This document shows positions 41,297-51,650 of a stretch of DNA of 64,000 bases, in pieces (the first letter of the stretch is position 1; each line of letters opens with the position of its first letter). Position numbers and translations under genes: made by a program. This DNA is from a bacterium. Lineage in GTDB: Bacteria; UBA8248; JACPRG01; G963555815. Where the stretch lies: contig CBDHDG010000002.1 in NCBI GenBank assembly GCA_965261595.1, forward strand, positions 224,001-288,000, given 5' to 3'. The notes beneath the pieces were generated by a model. That model did not search any database, was not told the DNA's origin, and saw nothing but the letters and a program-made list of their open reading frames with translations.

Positions 41297-42323
41297 GTGC
41301 CCGCGAAATGGAAGGTCCTCATCAATGAGCCTTGGGACACAACCCTCGAGACTCACCAGGTGCTCGAAGACGCCGGTTGCGAGTTGATCCTGGGCGTCCC
41401 CAACTGGGAGACGACCCGGCCCTGCTACGATGAGGACCAGCTCGCCGAGATGGCCCGTGACGCCGACGCCGTGATGGGCGCGTCCCGGGAGCGGTATACG
41501 CGAAAGCTCTTCGAGTCCTGCCCGAACCTTCGGACCCTCTCGAAATACGGAATCGGGACGGAAAAGATCGACGTCGACGCCGCCACCGAGGCCGGCGTGC
41601 TGGTCGGGTACACCCCCGTCCCCGAGAATGTCGAATCGGTTTGCGAGTACACCCTGACCCTGATGCTGAACCTCGTCAAGCGCCTCGACCCATCCCGGGA
41701 CTTCCTGCGCGCGGGCGGCTGGCGGGGGCCGGTTGGATGCCCGCCGCCTTGGGCGACCTCACGGTGGGGATCGTCGGGTTCGGGCGGATCGGCCAAGCCC
41801 TCGCCCAAAGGCTCGCCGGATGGGCCGGGCGCCTGATGGCCCACGATCCCTTTGTTCCGGAAGATGTTTTCCGCGCCGCGGGCGTGGAGGCCGCCGGCCT
41901 GGACGCCCTCCTCGAGCGCTCCGATGTCGTCACCCTTCACCTGGTTGTCACCCCGGAAACCCGCGACCTCATCGGCGAGGAGGCGCTTCGCCGGATGAAG
42001 CCCACGGCCTATCTTGTGAACACCTCGCGGGGAGAGGTCGTGGACGAGGACGCCGTGGTCCGCGCGCTCCGGGAGGGGTGGATCGCCGGGCGGCGCTGGA
42101 CGTTTTCCGCCGGGAGCCCCCCGCGATGGATCACCCGCTGAGGTCGCTGACCAACGCCGTCCTGACGCCGCACTTCGCCTGGCTGACGGAGGGCGCCTTG
42201 CGAAGCATGGTCCGGGCCGCCGCCGAAAACCTCCTGGCCGCCCTTCGGGGGGAGGTCCCCCGCTACCTCAAGAACCCCGAGGCTTTGCCGCGCTGGCGGG
42301 AGCGGTTCGGCATCCCCGGATAG
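41297..42323 (+). pseudogene. D-isomer-specific 2-hydroxyacid dehydrogenase with two single-base deletions
   Basis: KYGIGTEKID, VGIVGFGRIG, NTSRG, DVFRREP, TPHFAW in three frames; adding one G near 41731 and one near 42090 gives 343 codons. Confidence 0.85.
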
Positions 42324-42327
42324 GGTC

Positions 42328-42744
42328 TTATCCGGTCGACAACCCGACCGCTGCCAGGCCGGCCACGCAGCACACCTTGTCCTGATCGGGCTTGCCCCCG
42401 CTGACGCCGAGTCCGCCGATCACCGCGCCTTCGTCCCGGAGGGGATACCCCCCTTCGGTCACGACCACCTTTCCGTCCGCCATCATGCTGACACCCGTCA
42501 GGAATTGGGGGAAGCGCTCGACGATTTGGCCGAGGGCGATGGTGGGCCGTCTCCAGGCGGCGGGGGAGAACGCTTTCGCCTCGGCGATTTTCAGAGACAG
42601 GAACCCGGTGCCGTCCATGCGGTGTGCGGCGATGAGATGGCCTCCTGAATCGACGACCGCGACGCTCACGCGGATGCCCAATTCGGCGGCCTTGGCGGCG
42701 GCCTTCCGGATGATGTGAAGCGCGGTCTCAAGGTCGAGCTGCAT
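42328..42744 (-). CDS. GlcG/HbpS-like heme-binding protein
   Basis: VAVVDSGG, RMDG, AEAKAF, GGYPL, GGLGVSG..DQD. Confidence 0.88.
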   Translation of the reverse strand: MQLDLETALHIIRKAAAKAAELGIRVSVAVVDSGGHLIAAHRMDGTGFLSLKIAEAKAFSPAAWRRPTIALGQIVERFPQFLTGVSMMADGKVVVTEGGYPLRDEGAVIGGLGVSGGKPDQDKVCCVAGLAAVGLSTG

Positions 42745-42769
42745 CGGTCCCTTCCTCCGGCTGTATGAC

Positions 42770-43852
42770 TCACCCCGTGAATTCGAGGATGTCCAAACCG
42801 TTCAGGCGGTCGAGGGCGTAGATCAGGCCGTCCTTGGCGAGAAACACGTCGTTGGTCTTGGTGACCTCCTGGCCCTTGCTGGGGAGCGGCACGTGGTATC
42901 CGACCTCTTTCGGGCGGTAGGGGTCGCTGATGTCCACGGCCCGAAGGCCCCCCGTGAACCAAGCCACGAAGAAGATGTGGTCGTACACGCCCGGATAGAT
43001 CTGCTCCTGGGGCTGATGGGCGCCGAACTGGGTCGGGTGATGGAAGGGATGGGGGTCCGGGACCTGATACGTCGAGACGGGCGCCGGGTTGGTCTCGTCG
43101 GTGATGTCCACCATCCAGAAGAACGCGTTGGGTTTGTCGGTCAGCCTGTCGGGGACCTCTTCGTCCGTCACGACCAGGAAGCGTCTCCCCCCGATTTCAT
43201 AAGGGAGGGGAAGCGCGGTGTGCGTGGGACAAGGGTACGGGGGGCTCCAGTCCACCCGGCTGAGGAGCTTCGGCTTGCCCAGGTCCGCGATGTCCAGGAT
43301 CATGAACCCCGCGTGCCAGTAACTGACGTAAAGCCGGTCGCCGAGGCGAAGGGGGTGATGGCAGCGGCACGCTCGGCCTTCCAATTCGGGCGTCTCGCCT
43401 CCGGCCGTGTGCTGGCCCGGGACCCACCAGCGCGACACCTCCTCCGGGCGTTCCGGATCGGCGATGTCCAGGATCATCATGATGTTCCCCTGGTAACCCT
43501 CCATCTCCGGCGAGATGTAGGCATGCCGCCCGTCGAAGTCGAAGCGGTGGACGCCGGTTCCGCCCGTTTTGAAAAAGCCGATCTCTCGGGGCTTGGACCT
43601 GTCCGAGATGTCGTAGACTTTGAGGCCGCCCTGAACCGGCTCGGTGGCGTTGCGCATCCGCTCATGGTTGACGAGCATGATGTCCCCGGCCACCCGGACC
43701 TTGTGGGAGTGGACGCCCGGGGGGACGGTGAGATGGGAGACGATCCGGGGATTCCGGGGATCCGAGACATCCAGGATGGTTGTCCCGTCCCGGGGGCCCA
43801 TGTGCCCCACATAGGCGTAGCCGTTCTCGACGGTGATCTGCCCCCCGCCCAC
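42770..43852 (-). CDS. LVIVD-repeat beta-propeller protein, probably 5-prime truncated
   Basis: Repeated ILDVSDP/YDISD/LDIADP units with conserved His (HSHK, VHR, CHH, THT, GAH); frame extends upstream (IGRIDV) into AT-rich DNA with no ATG. Confidence 0.8.
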   Translation of the reverse strand: MGGGQITVENGYAYVGHMGPRDGTTILDVSDPRNPRIVSHLTVPPGVHSHKVRVAGDIMLVNHERMRNATEPVQGGLKVYDISDRSKPREIGFFKTGGTGVHRFDFDGRHAYISPEMEGYQGNIMMILDIADPERPEEVSRWWVPGQHTAGGETPELEGRACRCHHPLRLGDRLYVSYWHAGFMILDIADLGKPKLLSRVDWSPPYPCPTHTALPLPYEIGGRRFLVVTDEEVPDRLTDKPNAFFWMVDITDETNPAPVSTYQVPDPHPFHHPTQFGAHQPQEQIYPGVYDHIFFVAWFTGGLRAVDISDPYRPKEVGYHVPLPSKGQEVTKTNDVFLAKDGLIYALDRLNGLDILEFTG

Positions 43853-44009
43853 GACGTCGATTCGTCCGATTGATGATTGACCCTGAAATCTTTGAAAATC
43901 CTATCTATACAAAGGATTGCAGTCAACGGTTCCAGCAAGAACCGAGGTCCACGGGGGGCTGTTCCCTTCCAGGGTCGTTTTGCGTCGATTGAAGAGGAGG
44001 GGGATTATT

Positions 44010-45009
44010 GTGAATACGACCGGAAAAAGTCGTAACGGCGGATTTCACGCGGTTCGGATGTTGGCCGCGGGGATTGGGATCGTGTTGTTGACGCTGAGCG
44101 CTTTGGCCCTTCGTCCCACGGAAGCGCGGGCCGAGAAGGTGAACATGATGATGTCGTTCCTGCTGAACGGCCGCCATTCCTGGTATTTCTCGGTCAGGGA
44201 GAACGGTTTGTACAAGAAGGCCGGGCTGGAGGTGACGATCCGGCGCGGATTCGGCGGCGCGGACACGGTCAAGAAGATGGCCGCCGGCGCGGCGGAGTTC
44301 TGCGAGACCGACCTGGGGAACATCATCATCGGCCGGACCCGGGGGGCGAACCTCAAGATGGTGAGCATCTATTTGCGCAAAGCGCCCTTCGCGATCATGT
44401 CTCTCCAGAAGACCGGCATTACAAAACCCAAAGACCTCGAAGGCCGACGCCATCTGGACGCTCTTTCCGGGATATGCCGCGGCGACCGGAATCGACATCA
44501 CCAAGGTGAAGTCCCAGTCCATGGCGCCCTCGGCGAAGGTCGGGGCCCTGCTGGCGGGTAAAGTGGATGCCATCACCGGATTTGTCGACACCCTCGGCGG
44601 TGTCTTCAAGGTCAAGCGGAAGAAGGTCAACAGCCTGTCCTTCGCCGACGGGGGTTTCAACATTTACGCCAGCGGAATCGCGGTGGCCGACAAGACCGTC
44701 GGGAATCCGTGCCTGGTCAGGCGATTCGTGAAGGCGTCCAACCAGGGCGTCTCCTGGACCATCGACCATCCGGATCAGGCCGTCGCCATCATGGCCAACC
44801 AAACCGGCAAGGGCAAAAAGATCCTGCGCGCCCAGCTGGGCGGGGCCATTCCTTTGCTGGGTGATGTGGTTAAGCCCGAGAATCGCTCGAAGATTGGCCA
44901 CTTGGACCCGAAAGAGGTCGTTCGGAGCCTCGGCATCGTGAACCGCTACATGAAGCTCGGCGGCAAGGTCAAGGCCGCGGACGTGTACACGAACGATTTT
45001 GTGAATTGA
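44010..45009 (+). pseudogene. NMT1/THI5-type ABC substrate-binding protein with internal deletion/frameshift
   Basis: Paralogue of 11466-12512; frame breaks at ~44445 where PKDLEG joins ADAIWTLFP, several codons shorter than the paralogue. Confidence 0.8.
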
Positions 45010-45010
45010 C

Positions 45011-45286
45011 CCCAGGGGTTGGGGACCCCCCTCGAAAACTCTCGTTGCGCGATAGTGTGCGGCCCTGAAAGGGCCGCACACTATCGCAAGAAACTGGCCC
45101 CGTGGCCGGATGCTGCGGCTGCCAAAGGCAGACGGGCATCCGGACAAAGAGAAGAGCCACTCGCAGGTCACAGATAATCGCTTCAGCCCAACCAACATCC
45201 AACTCAGAAAGGCCAAGCCTAAGGCTTGGCCGCAAAAAGTTTTGCGGGGGGGTGCGGGGGGGCGCCTTTCAAAAAGCGCCCCCCGC
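45011..45286. repeat. Modular palindromic repeat cassette, copy 2
   Basis: Perfect stem 45049-45087 and AGGCCAAGCCT..GGCTTGGCC module collinear with copy 1; terminal modules swapped and inverted. Confidence 0.8.
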
Positions 45287-45324
45287 TTGCAAGCTGGAAA
45301 TGTCTGAAGGAGGGTCGGCCGCCG

Positions 45325-46740
45325 GTGAAGTTCGATTTTCGCCTCATGATGAAGGGGGCGGTTGGGCCGGCCGGCGTGGGGGCGGGGGACCTCTCCCGCT
45401 TCGAGCGGCGGGCGGCGGCGGCCCACGAGGACCTTGCCCGGCGGCGCGCGCGCGGCGAGCTGCCCCACCTGGATTTTCCGCACCGCCGTCCCGACGCGGC
45501 GCTCCGCAAAGGCCGGGATCTTCGGCGGGGATGTCGCGACTACGTCCTGGCGGGGTACGGCGGGGCGGGGTTGAGCGGACGGACGTGGATCCAATCGCTT
45601 CGGCCCGATATGGCCGGAATCCTCACGGGCCCACCCAAGCATCCCCGGTTCCATTTCGTCAACGATGTCGATCCGGACGCAACGGCGGATCTCCTGAAGG
45701 GCGTCGATTGGCGGCGCGCCGTCGTCCACCTCATCAGCAAAGGGGGCGATTCGCCCGAGATCCTGTCCCACTTCTACATCGCCCGCGACCGGCTCCGAAG
45801 AGGATCCCGGCCGGCGGATTGGGCGAGGCGTCTCCTGGTCACAACAGGTCCTGGCAAGGGCGCTCTCCGCCGGCTGGCCCGGGAGGGCGGTCATCCGATT
45901 TCGACCTTTCCGGACTCCCTTTCCGGGCGGTTCGCGCTGTTTTCGGATGTGGGCCTACTTCCCGCCGCCGTCGCGGGGATCGACGTGAGGGCGCTTCTCC
46001 GGGGGGCGACCTGGATGGACCGGCGGTGTGAATCCCCGAGCCTTTCCGACAACCCGGCCCTTCTCGGCGCGGCGCTTCACTTCCTGGCCGCCCGGCGGGG
46101 CCTGCGGACTTCGGTCATCATGCCCTATCACCGGGATCTGAAACCGGCGGCGGAATACTTCCGGTTCGTTTGGGCCGGGAGCCTGGGTAAACGCGTGGAT
46201 CTGAAGGGGAGGGAGGTCTTCGCCGGTCTGACGCCACTGACCGCCGTCGGGATGGAGGATCAGCATTCCCAGGTCCAACTCTTCGCCGAGGGCCCGTTTG
46301 ACAAGACCCTTACGTTTCTCACTCTGGACTCGGTATCCAGCGATGTCCGCATCCCCGCCGGGAAGGAAAGCATACTCCGGGGACGGACCCTCTCCCAGGT
46401 GAACCGGATCTGGGCCGAGTCCACCGCGCGGGGCCTCGCGGCCCAAGGCCGGCCGAGCGGCGCGATCTCCCTGCCGAGACTGGATGCCTTCTGGGCGGGG
46501 GCCCTCCTGTATTATTTTCAGAGATTGACGCTGTACCTGGCCGCGTTGTTCGAGGTGAACCCGTACAACCAGCCGGGCGTCGCCCCCGCCAAGAAGATTG
46601 CCGCGGCGCGGCTCGGCCGGTCCGCTGAGGCCGGCCCGCCGGCCGGACAGGACGCCCTCTTCCTGGACTTCAGCGAGGACGCGGCAGACGGCCGGCGATC
46701 CCGCTCCAATCCGGGTAGGGGTCGTCGTGGGCGCACTTGA
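45325..46740 (+). CDS. Glucose-6-phosphate isomerase-like SIS protein with degenerate active site
   Basis: GYGGA, ISKGGDSPE, GRF, WAGSLGK, DQHSQVQL..EGP.DK, NPYNQPGV; GTG start with AAGGAGG RBS. Confidence 0.8.
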   Translation: MKFDFRLMMKGAVGPAGVGAGDLSRFERRAAAAHEDLARRRARGELPHLDFPHRRPDAALRKGRDLRRGCRDYVLAGYGGAGLSGRTWIQSLRPDMAGILTGPPKHPRFHFVNDVDPDATADLLKGVDWRRAVVHLISKGGDSPEILSHFYIARDRLRRGSRPADWARRLLVTTGPGKGALRRLAREGGHPISTFPDSLSGRFALFSDVGLLPAAVAGIDVRALLRGATWMDRRCESPSLSDNPALLGAALHFLAARRGLRTSVIMPYHRDLKPAAEYFRFVWAGSLGKRVDLKGREVFAGLTPLTAVGMEDQHSQVQLFAEGPFDKTLTFLTLDSVSSDVRIPAGKESILRGRTLSQVNRIWAESTARGLAAQGRPSGAISLPRLDAFWAGALLYYFQRLTLYLAALFEVNPYNQPGVAPAKKIAAARLGRSAEAGPPAGQDALFLDFSEDAADGRRSRSNPGRGRRGRT

Positions 46741-48439
46741 GATCGAGGATGCAAGGGCGGTCCGAGGCCAGCCCGCGCCGAAGGGCGGGAACGAGCCCGG
46801 CCGGGGAATCCACGCGGAGTCCCAGGCCCCCCATGGCTTCGGCCAGCGCCGCGAAGTCCTGAACGGGCGTGCGGTCCTCGAACGTCCGGCCGAAGTCCTC
46901 GAGCTGAAACTGGCGGACCATCCCGAAATGCGCGTCGTTCATCACCACCAGGACCACGGGGAGGCCCTGGCGGACGAGCGTCGGAAAATCGGCCAAGGAC
47001 ATCCAGAGACTCCCGTCGCCCACCATGGCGACGACGGGCCGGTCCGGGTGGCAGAGCTTGGCCGCCGCCGCCGCGGGCAGGCCGAACCCCATCCCGCTCC
47101 ACACGCCCGAATGCTGAAAGGACGCAACGTGCGGGGCGGGCGTGAGCTTCCAGGCCCAGTAGCTGGCGTGGCAGACCTCGGAGACGAAGATGCCCGCCTC
47201 GGGCAGTGTCCGGAGGATTTCGTTCACGGCCCATCCCTGATGAATCCGGCCCGCCCGGCGGCGGGAAAAGCGGCGGACGTGATTTTGGAGGTGGCGGCGG
47301 ACGGTTTGGGAGCCTTCCTGAAACATCTTTTCATCCCACCGCGAAGCGCCCAGGCGCGAGGCGCCCAAGCGCGAGGCCCCCGGGTGAGAGCCCTCCGAGT
47401 GAAAGCTCCCCGGGCCGTCTTCCCGGATTGCTTCGAGGAGCGCCCCGAGGCCCCGGCCGAGATGACTGTTTTCGGCGACCCGTGCGCCTTCGAGGCGGCG
47501 GCGTTTAACGTCCGTCCCCAGAAAAAACCTGGACGCGGTCCCGGTCTGGGCGACCACCTGTTTCCAGAAGGCGCTTTCCGCCCGCAGGCCCGCCACGAGG
47601 ACGGCGTCGGCTGATCGAAGGACGGTCTTCACCCAGGGGTCCGTGCTCCAGAAGCAGAGGTAGCCCGCGTACCATGGATGTCGGGCGGGGATCGCTCCCA
47701 GGGCGTCGCGGGCGACGACGACCGGCGCTCCCAGGGCCTCGGCCAGGGAGGCGACCTCCGCGGCGGCCCCGTTCCGCAGGACGCCCTTGCCGGCGAAGAT
47801 TACAGGCCGGCGGGCCCGGAGAAGCTCCCCGGCGATATCCCGAATCGCCTGCCGGGGGGGCCGCGCCGGACGAATCTCCCGGGGCGAGGGCTCGGGAAGC
47901 GGGGGAAGCGGGGCGGGCGGCAGCTTGAAGACGTCCAGGGGGACTTCCACGAAGACCGGCCCGGGCCTTCCGGTTTGGGCCTCGTGGAAGGCCCGGCGCA
48001 TGACCGGAAAGACGCCCCCGGCCGACTCGATGCGGGCCGTCCATTTGGTCACGTCCCGAAACGTGCGGGTCAGGAAATCCGGCCGGCCGACGCCGTGAAA
48101 GGTTTCCGGGGGCGACCCCCGGGGCGCGGCGCCCGCGATCTGGACGACCGGCGAGGCGGCGTCGTAGGCTTGGGCCATGGCGGTGAGGGCGTTGGTCGCC
48201 CCGGGTCCGCCGGTGAACAGGCAAACGCCGGCCCGGCCGGTGAGGCGGCCGTAGGCGTCGGCCATCTGGGCGGCGGTGGATTCCTGGAGGACGCCCACGT
48301 GCCGGATGGGGGAATCGCGAAGGGCGTCGTAGATGGGGAAGACGTGCCGGCCCGGCAGGCCGAAGACCACGCGCGCGCCCTCGGCCTTCAGGGCCTCGAC
48401 GACGGCCTGTCCGACGGTCCATGTTTTCCGAGTGGTCAT
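46670..48439 (-). CDS. ThDP-binding protein (acetolactate synthase-like)
   Basis: VFGLPG, QE..A..MADAYGRLTG, GPGATN, GMGFGLPAA, GDG...MND; internal 3x GASR(L/W) repeat near 47340-47385. Confidence 0.88.
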   Translation of the reverse strand: MTTRKTWTVGQAVVEALKAEGARVVFGLPGRHVFPIYDALRDSPIRHVGVLQESTAAQMADAYGRLTGRAGVCLFTGGPGATNALTAMAQAYDAASPVVQIAGAAPRGSPPETFHGVGRPDFLTRTFRDVTKWTARIESAGGVFPVMRRAFHEAQTGRPGPVFVEVPLDVFKLPPAPLPPLPEPSPREIRPARPPRQAIRDIAGELLRARRPVIFAGKGVLRNGAAAEVASLAEALGAPVVVARDALGAIPARHPWYAGYLCFWSTDPWVKTVLRSADAVLVAGLRAESAFWKQVVAQTGTASRFFLGTDVKRRRLEGARVAENSHLGRGLGALLEAIREDGPGSFHSEGSHPGASRLGASRLGASRWDEKMFQEGSQTVRRHLQNHVRRFSRRRAGRIHQGWAVNEILRTLPEAGIFVSEVCHASYWAWKLTPAPHVASFQHSGVWSGMGFGLPAAAAAKLCHPDRPVVAMVGDGSLWMSLADFPTLVRQGLPVVLVVMNDAHFGMVRQFQLEDFGRTFEDRTPVQDFAALAEAMGGLGLRVDSPAGLVPALRRGLASDRPCILDLKCAHDDPYPDWSGIAGRLPRPR

Positions 48440-48492
48440 GTCCTGGAATGCTCCGGCAATCGGGGTCGGTGAATGTTTGAAAGGGAGTCGAG

Positions 48493-49407
48493 ATGATCCG
48501 GTTCAAAGAAGTGGGGCAATTGGCGCTTCGCGTCACCGACCTTGAGCGGTCGGCCGATTTCTATTCCAACCTCCTGGGACTCCAGGTGTTCGACCGGTCT
48601 CAATCCGGTCTGGTCCTCCTGGGATGCCGGGACGGCCGGACCGAGCTGGCCCTCATGGACAGCGGCGGCGGCGATGAGGCGGCCGCGGGGGTCCACCACG
48701 TCGGCTACGTGCTCGAGGACGCGGGCGCGGTCGAGGAGGCCCGGGCGCATCTCCAGGCCGAAAGCGTCCCCCTCGTCGAGAACCCGGCCTGGCGGGACCC
48801 GACGCACGAGGCCGGGGTCCACTTCCGCGATCCCAACGGCCTGATCGGCAAGCTCTTCAGCCGCGACCCCGCCACCGTCCGCGATGACGGCCCGCTGGCC
48901 TCCTCCAAGGAATCGATGGGCATCGGCCGGACGGCGATCATCCCTCACCGCCTGGGGCACATCGTCCTTCAGGTTCCGGACGTGGCGTCCACCGTGGAAT
49001 TCTACACGAAGAAGGTCGGTCTCAAGCTCACGGAATGGAACGACTCGGATTGCTACTTCATGCGCGGGGGGGCGGATCATCATGACCTCGCCTTTTTCCG
49101 CAACCGGCAGGGGCCGGGCGTCCTTTATAACCACGTGGCCTGGGACATCGGCAACATGACCGACCTGTGGAACTGCGGGGAGTTTCTTCGGGAGCGGGAC
49201 ATCCCCATCACCCTCGGCCCCGGCTGGTGGGAGCAGGGTCATCAGACCGACCTCAACTTTATCGATCCCGACGGGCAACGGATAGAGATCTACTGCTACA
49301 TCGACCAGATCACGGGCGACCCCGAACCCGTGGGGCCTTCGCCGGCCTTCTATCATCCGTTCGACTTCGTCCCTCCCTACAACCCCCACGCGAAACGGGC
49401 GGGCTGA
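48493..49407 (+). CDS. Two-domain VOC protein (type I extradiol dioxygenase-like)
   Basis: LGHIVL, DHHDLA, NHVAW, DPDGQRIE metal-ligand pattern. Confidence 0.82.
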   Translation: MIRFKEVGQLALRVTDLERSADFYSNLLGLQVFDRSQSGLVLLGCRDGRTELALMDSGGGDEAAAGVHHVGYVLEDAGAVEEARAHLQAESVPLVENPAWRDPTHEAGVHFRDPNGLIGKLFSRDPATVRDDGPLASSKESMGIGRTAIIPHRLGHIVLQVPDVASTVEFYTKKVGLKLTEWNDSDCYFMRGGADHHDLAFFRNRQGPGVLYNHVAWDIGNMTDLWNCGEFLRERDIPITLGPGWWEQGHQTDLNFIDPDGQRIEIYCYIDQITGDPEPVGPSPAFYHPFDFVPPYNPHAKRAG

Positions 49408-49696
49408 GGGGGGGGCCGGGGAAAGAGATGCGTTGGCCAACCATCCAATGGCCAATCATACACGGGCCCGCAGCGGAATCCTTGTGAGAAACCTGGACTT
49501 CCAGGTTCCGAAGAGGAATCCCGCCTCGAGGCGGAGCAAGCGTGGGGGGGGGCACTACGGAAGAAACACGGCGAGATCCTCACGCGGGGATTTTCAATCC
49601 CCACTCAGGATGACAGCCTCAGAACAAAAAGGGAAAAAAGAGGGCAAAAAGCATTAAAAATAGATCTGTCCCCTTTTTCACTAAGGGGTGATTCTA

Positions 49697-50729
49697 GTGT
49701 ATCGTCCTTTAAATAAGTTATTTAAGTATACGGCCCAATCTGGTATCTTCCCCTCGAAAGGAGGATGTCCATGCGACTCGGACGACCCATGCCCCCGGTG
49801 GACCTGACGGACGGACAGCGCGAACAACTTCAGGCCCTGGGCGCCTCCCGCCCCTTCCCTCACGGCCTGGTGAGGCGGGCGCGGATTGTGCTCCTGGCCG
49901 CCCGCGCTCGATCTCCGATGAACGGGTCGCCGAGGCGGACCGAAAGACCCTGAAGACCAAGCCGCCCGACGGCACCCATTGGAGCTGCCGCACCCTGGCC
50001 GAGGCGACTGGCCTTTCCAAATCCACGGTCAATCGCATCTGGCGGGCCTTCGCCCTTCAGCCCCATCGCCAAAAGCATTTCAAGCTCTCCACCGACCCCT
50101 TCTTTGTCGAGAAGGTCCGCGACATCGTGAGGCTCTACCTCAATCCGCCCGACAAGGCGCTGGTCTTGTGCGTGGACGAAAAAAGCCAGATCCAGGCCCT
50201 GGACCGCACCCAGCCCCTTTTGCCCCTGGGTCTGGGCTATGTCGAGGGCGTGACGCACGACTATGTTCGCAACGGCATCACGACGCTGTTCGTGGCGCTG
50301 GACATCGCCACCGGAGAGGTGCTCGGGCAATGCAAACGCCGTCATCGTCACCAGGAATTCCTTGCGTTCCTGCGCCACATCGACGCCAACGTCCCTGCGG
50401 ATTTAGCGCTCCACCTCATTGTGGACAACTACGCCACGCACAAGCACGCCAAGGTGCGAGCGTGGCTGGCGGCGCGCCCGCGCTATCATGTGCACTACAC
50501 GCCCACCTACGCCTCGTGGCTGAATCAGGTGGAGATTTGGTTTGACCTCATCACCCAACGGGTCATCCGCCGCGGGACGTTTCGGAGTGTGAAGGACTTG
50601 GTTGACAACATTGAAGCGTTTGTCCAACAGTACAATGCGAAAGCCACTCCGTTTAGGTGGGTCGCCACGGCCGATTCGATCTTCGAGAAACTCGGACGAC
50701 TTTGTAAATGTATTTCCGGGACGCGACAC
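49697..50729 (+). mobile_element. IS630-family element with internally deleted transposase
   Basis: Ends GTGTATCGTCC / GGACGCGACAC flanked by TA; VDEKSQIQALDR, VDNYATHK, WLNQVE; N-terminal HTH region deleted/frameshifted near 49900. Confidence 0.9.
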
Positions 50730-51027
50730 TAGAAGAAAATGATCCAAATGTTGTAGATATGGATCTTGAGTCAGTGTCAGCTTCAGCCCGTGCGGAGATT
50801 CACAAGCATCGTGGAGAGGCAATCGATGAACTCAAGATGCTTCGGACGCATGAACGTTCCCTTCTTCGCGATCTGCGATATTTCACGAAGGTTAATCAGC
50901 TAAACCGGGAGGCACAGTACCCCGAGTCACAACGTTTTGCCCTAAGCCCACTATTCGGCGGTGTGGGCGGCACGACGCTTTTCGGGAGAGGTTACCGCGA
51001 AGTGCTGAAAGTACGTGGGACACGCTC

Positions 51028-51423
51028 TTGAATGAGGGTGAAGTGCGAAGCCTGGCGGCCCTGGCCCGTCTTACGGGGCGGTGTCGGGACACAGAACGAA
51101 AGAACGTCCTGGCCCTCGAGGCTGTTGGCCTGGTGAAACGGGACGGTAGGCGGCTCAAGGCCTTGGTGCGCGACTTGGACACCCTGACGGTTGAGCTGGG
51201 GACGGAGGGTGCCTGTGAGCGGAAGCGTGAGCGTCACCAGGAAGAACGGGAAGCGTTTGAGGCTGTCCGGTCCGTCAGGGACTTGCTCAGGGACGTGGCG
51301 CGCCGGCGGCGGCAGGGGCCGTTGCCCTTGAAGTACGAACGGGCGCAGGGGCCGCTTCCTGAAATTCAACCAACTGGCGGCGAACCAGAAAACGAGCTGG
51401 CCGTGGACCTACATCTAGGCTAG
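51028..51423 (+). CDS. Hypothetical HTH-like protein, probably a gene fragment
   Basis: LAALARLTG...LEAVGLVKRDG winged-helix-like segment plus charged helix; TTG start doubtful. Confidence 0.3.
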   Translation: MNEGEVRSLAALARLTGRCRDTERKNVLALEAVGLVKRDGRRLKALVRDLDTLTVELGTEGACERKRERHQEEREAFEAVRSVRDLLRDVARRRRQGPLPLKYERAQGPLPEIQPTGGEPENELAVDLHLG

Positions 51424-51650
51424 GGTTGCTTTCCAGTTTCTGGTGGGCGCGTCAATCGGATGCTCGTGTTGGTGCAATCCGACGCCTCTACTGTATTGAT
51501 CGTCCGATCCAGGCGCACCATGCATTTCTCTATGACAATCCCGCCGCGCCCATCGCTACTAATGTTCGTAACAAAGGGACCGGCTTTACTGGCACAACCA
51601 GTAAGGCCTACGACACCAAGCAGGACAAGACTCAAAAGTACCTTCGACAT
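51420..51650 (-). CDS. Small lipoprotein
   Basis: MSK + hydrophobic core + LTGC lipobox, two further Cys, AAGGAG RBS. Confidence 0.75.
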   Translation of the reverse strand: MSKVLLSLVLLGVVGLTGCASKAGPFVTNISSDGRGGIVIEKCMVRLDRTINTVEASDCTNTSIRLTRPPETGKQP

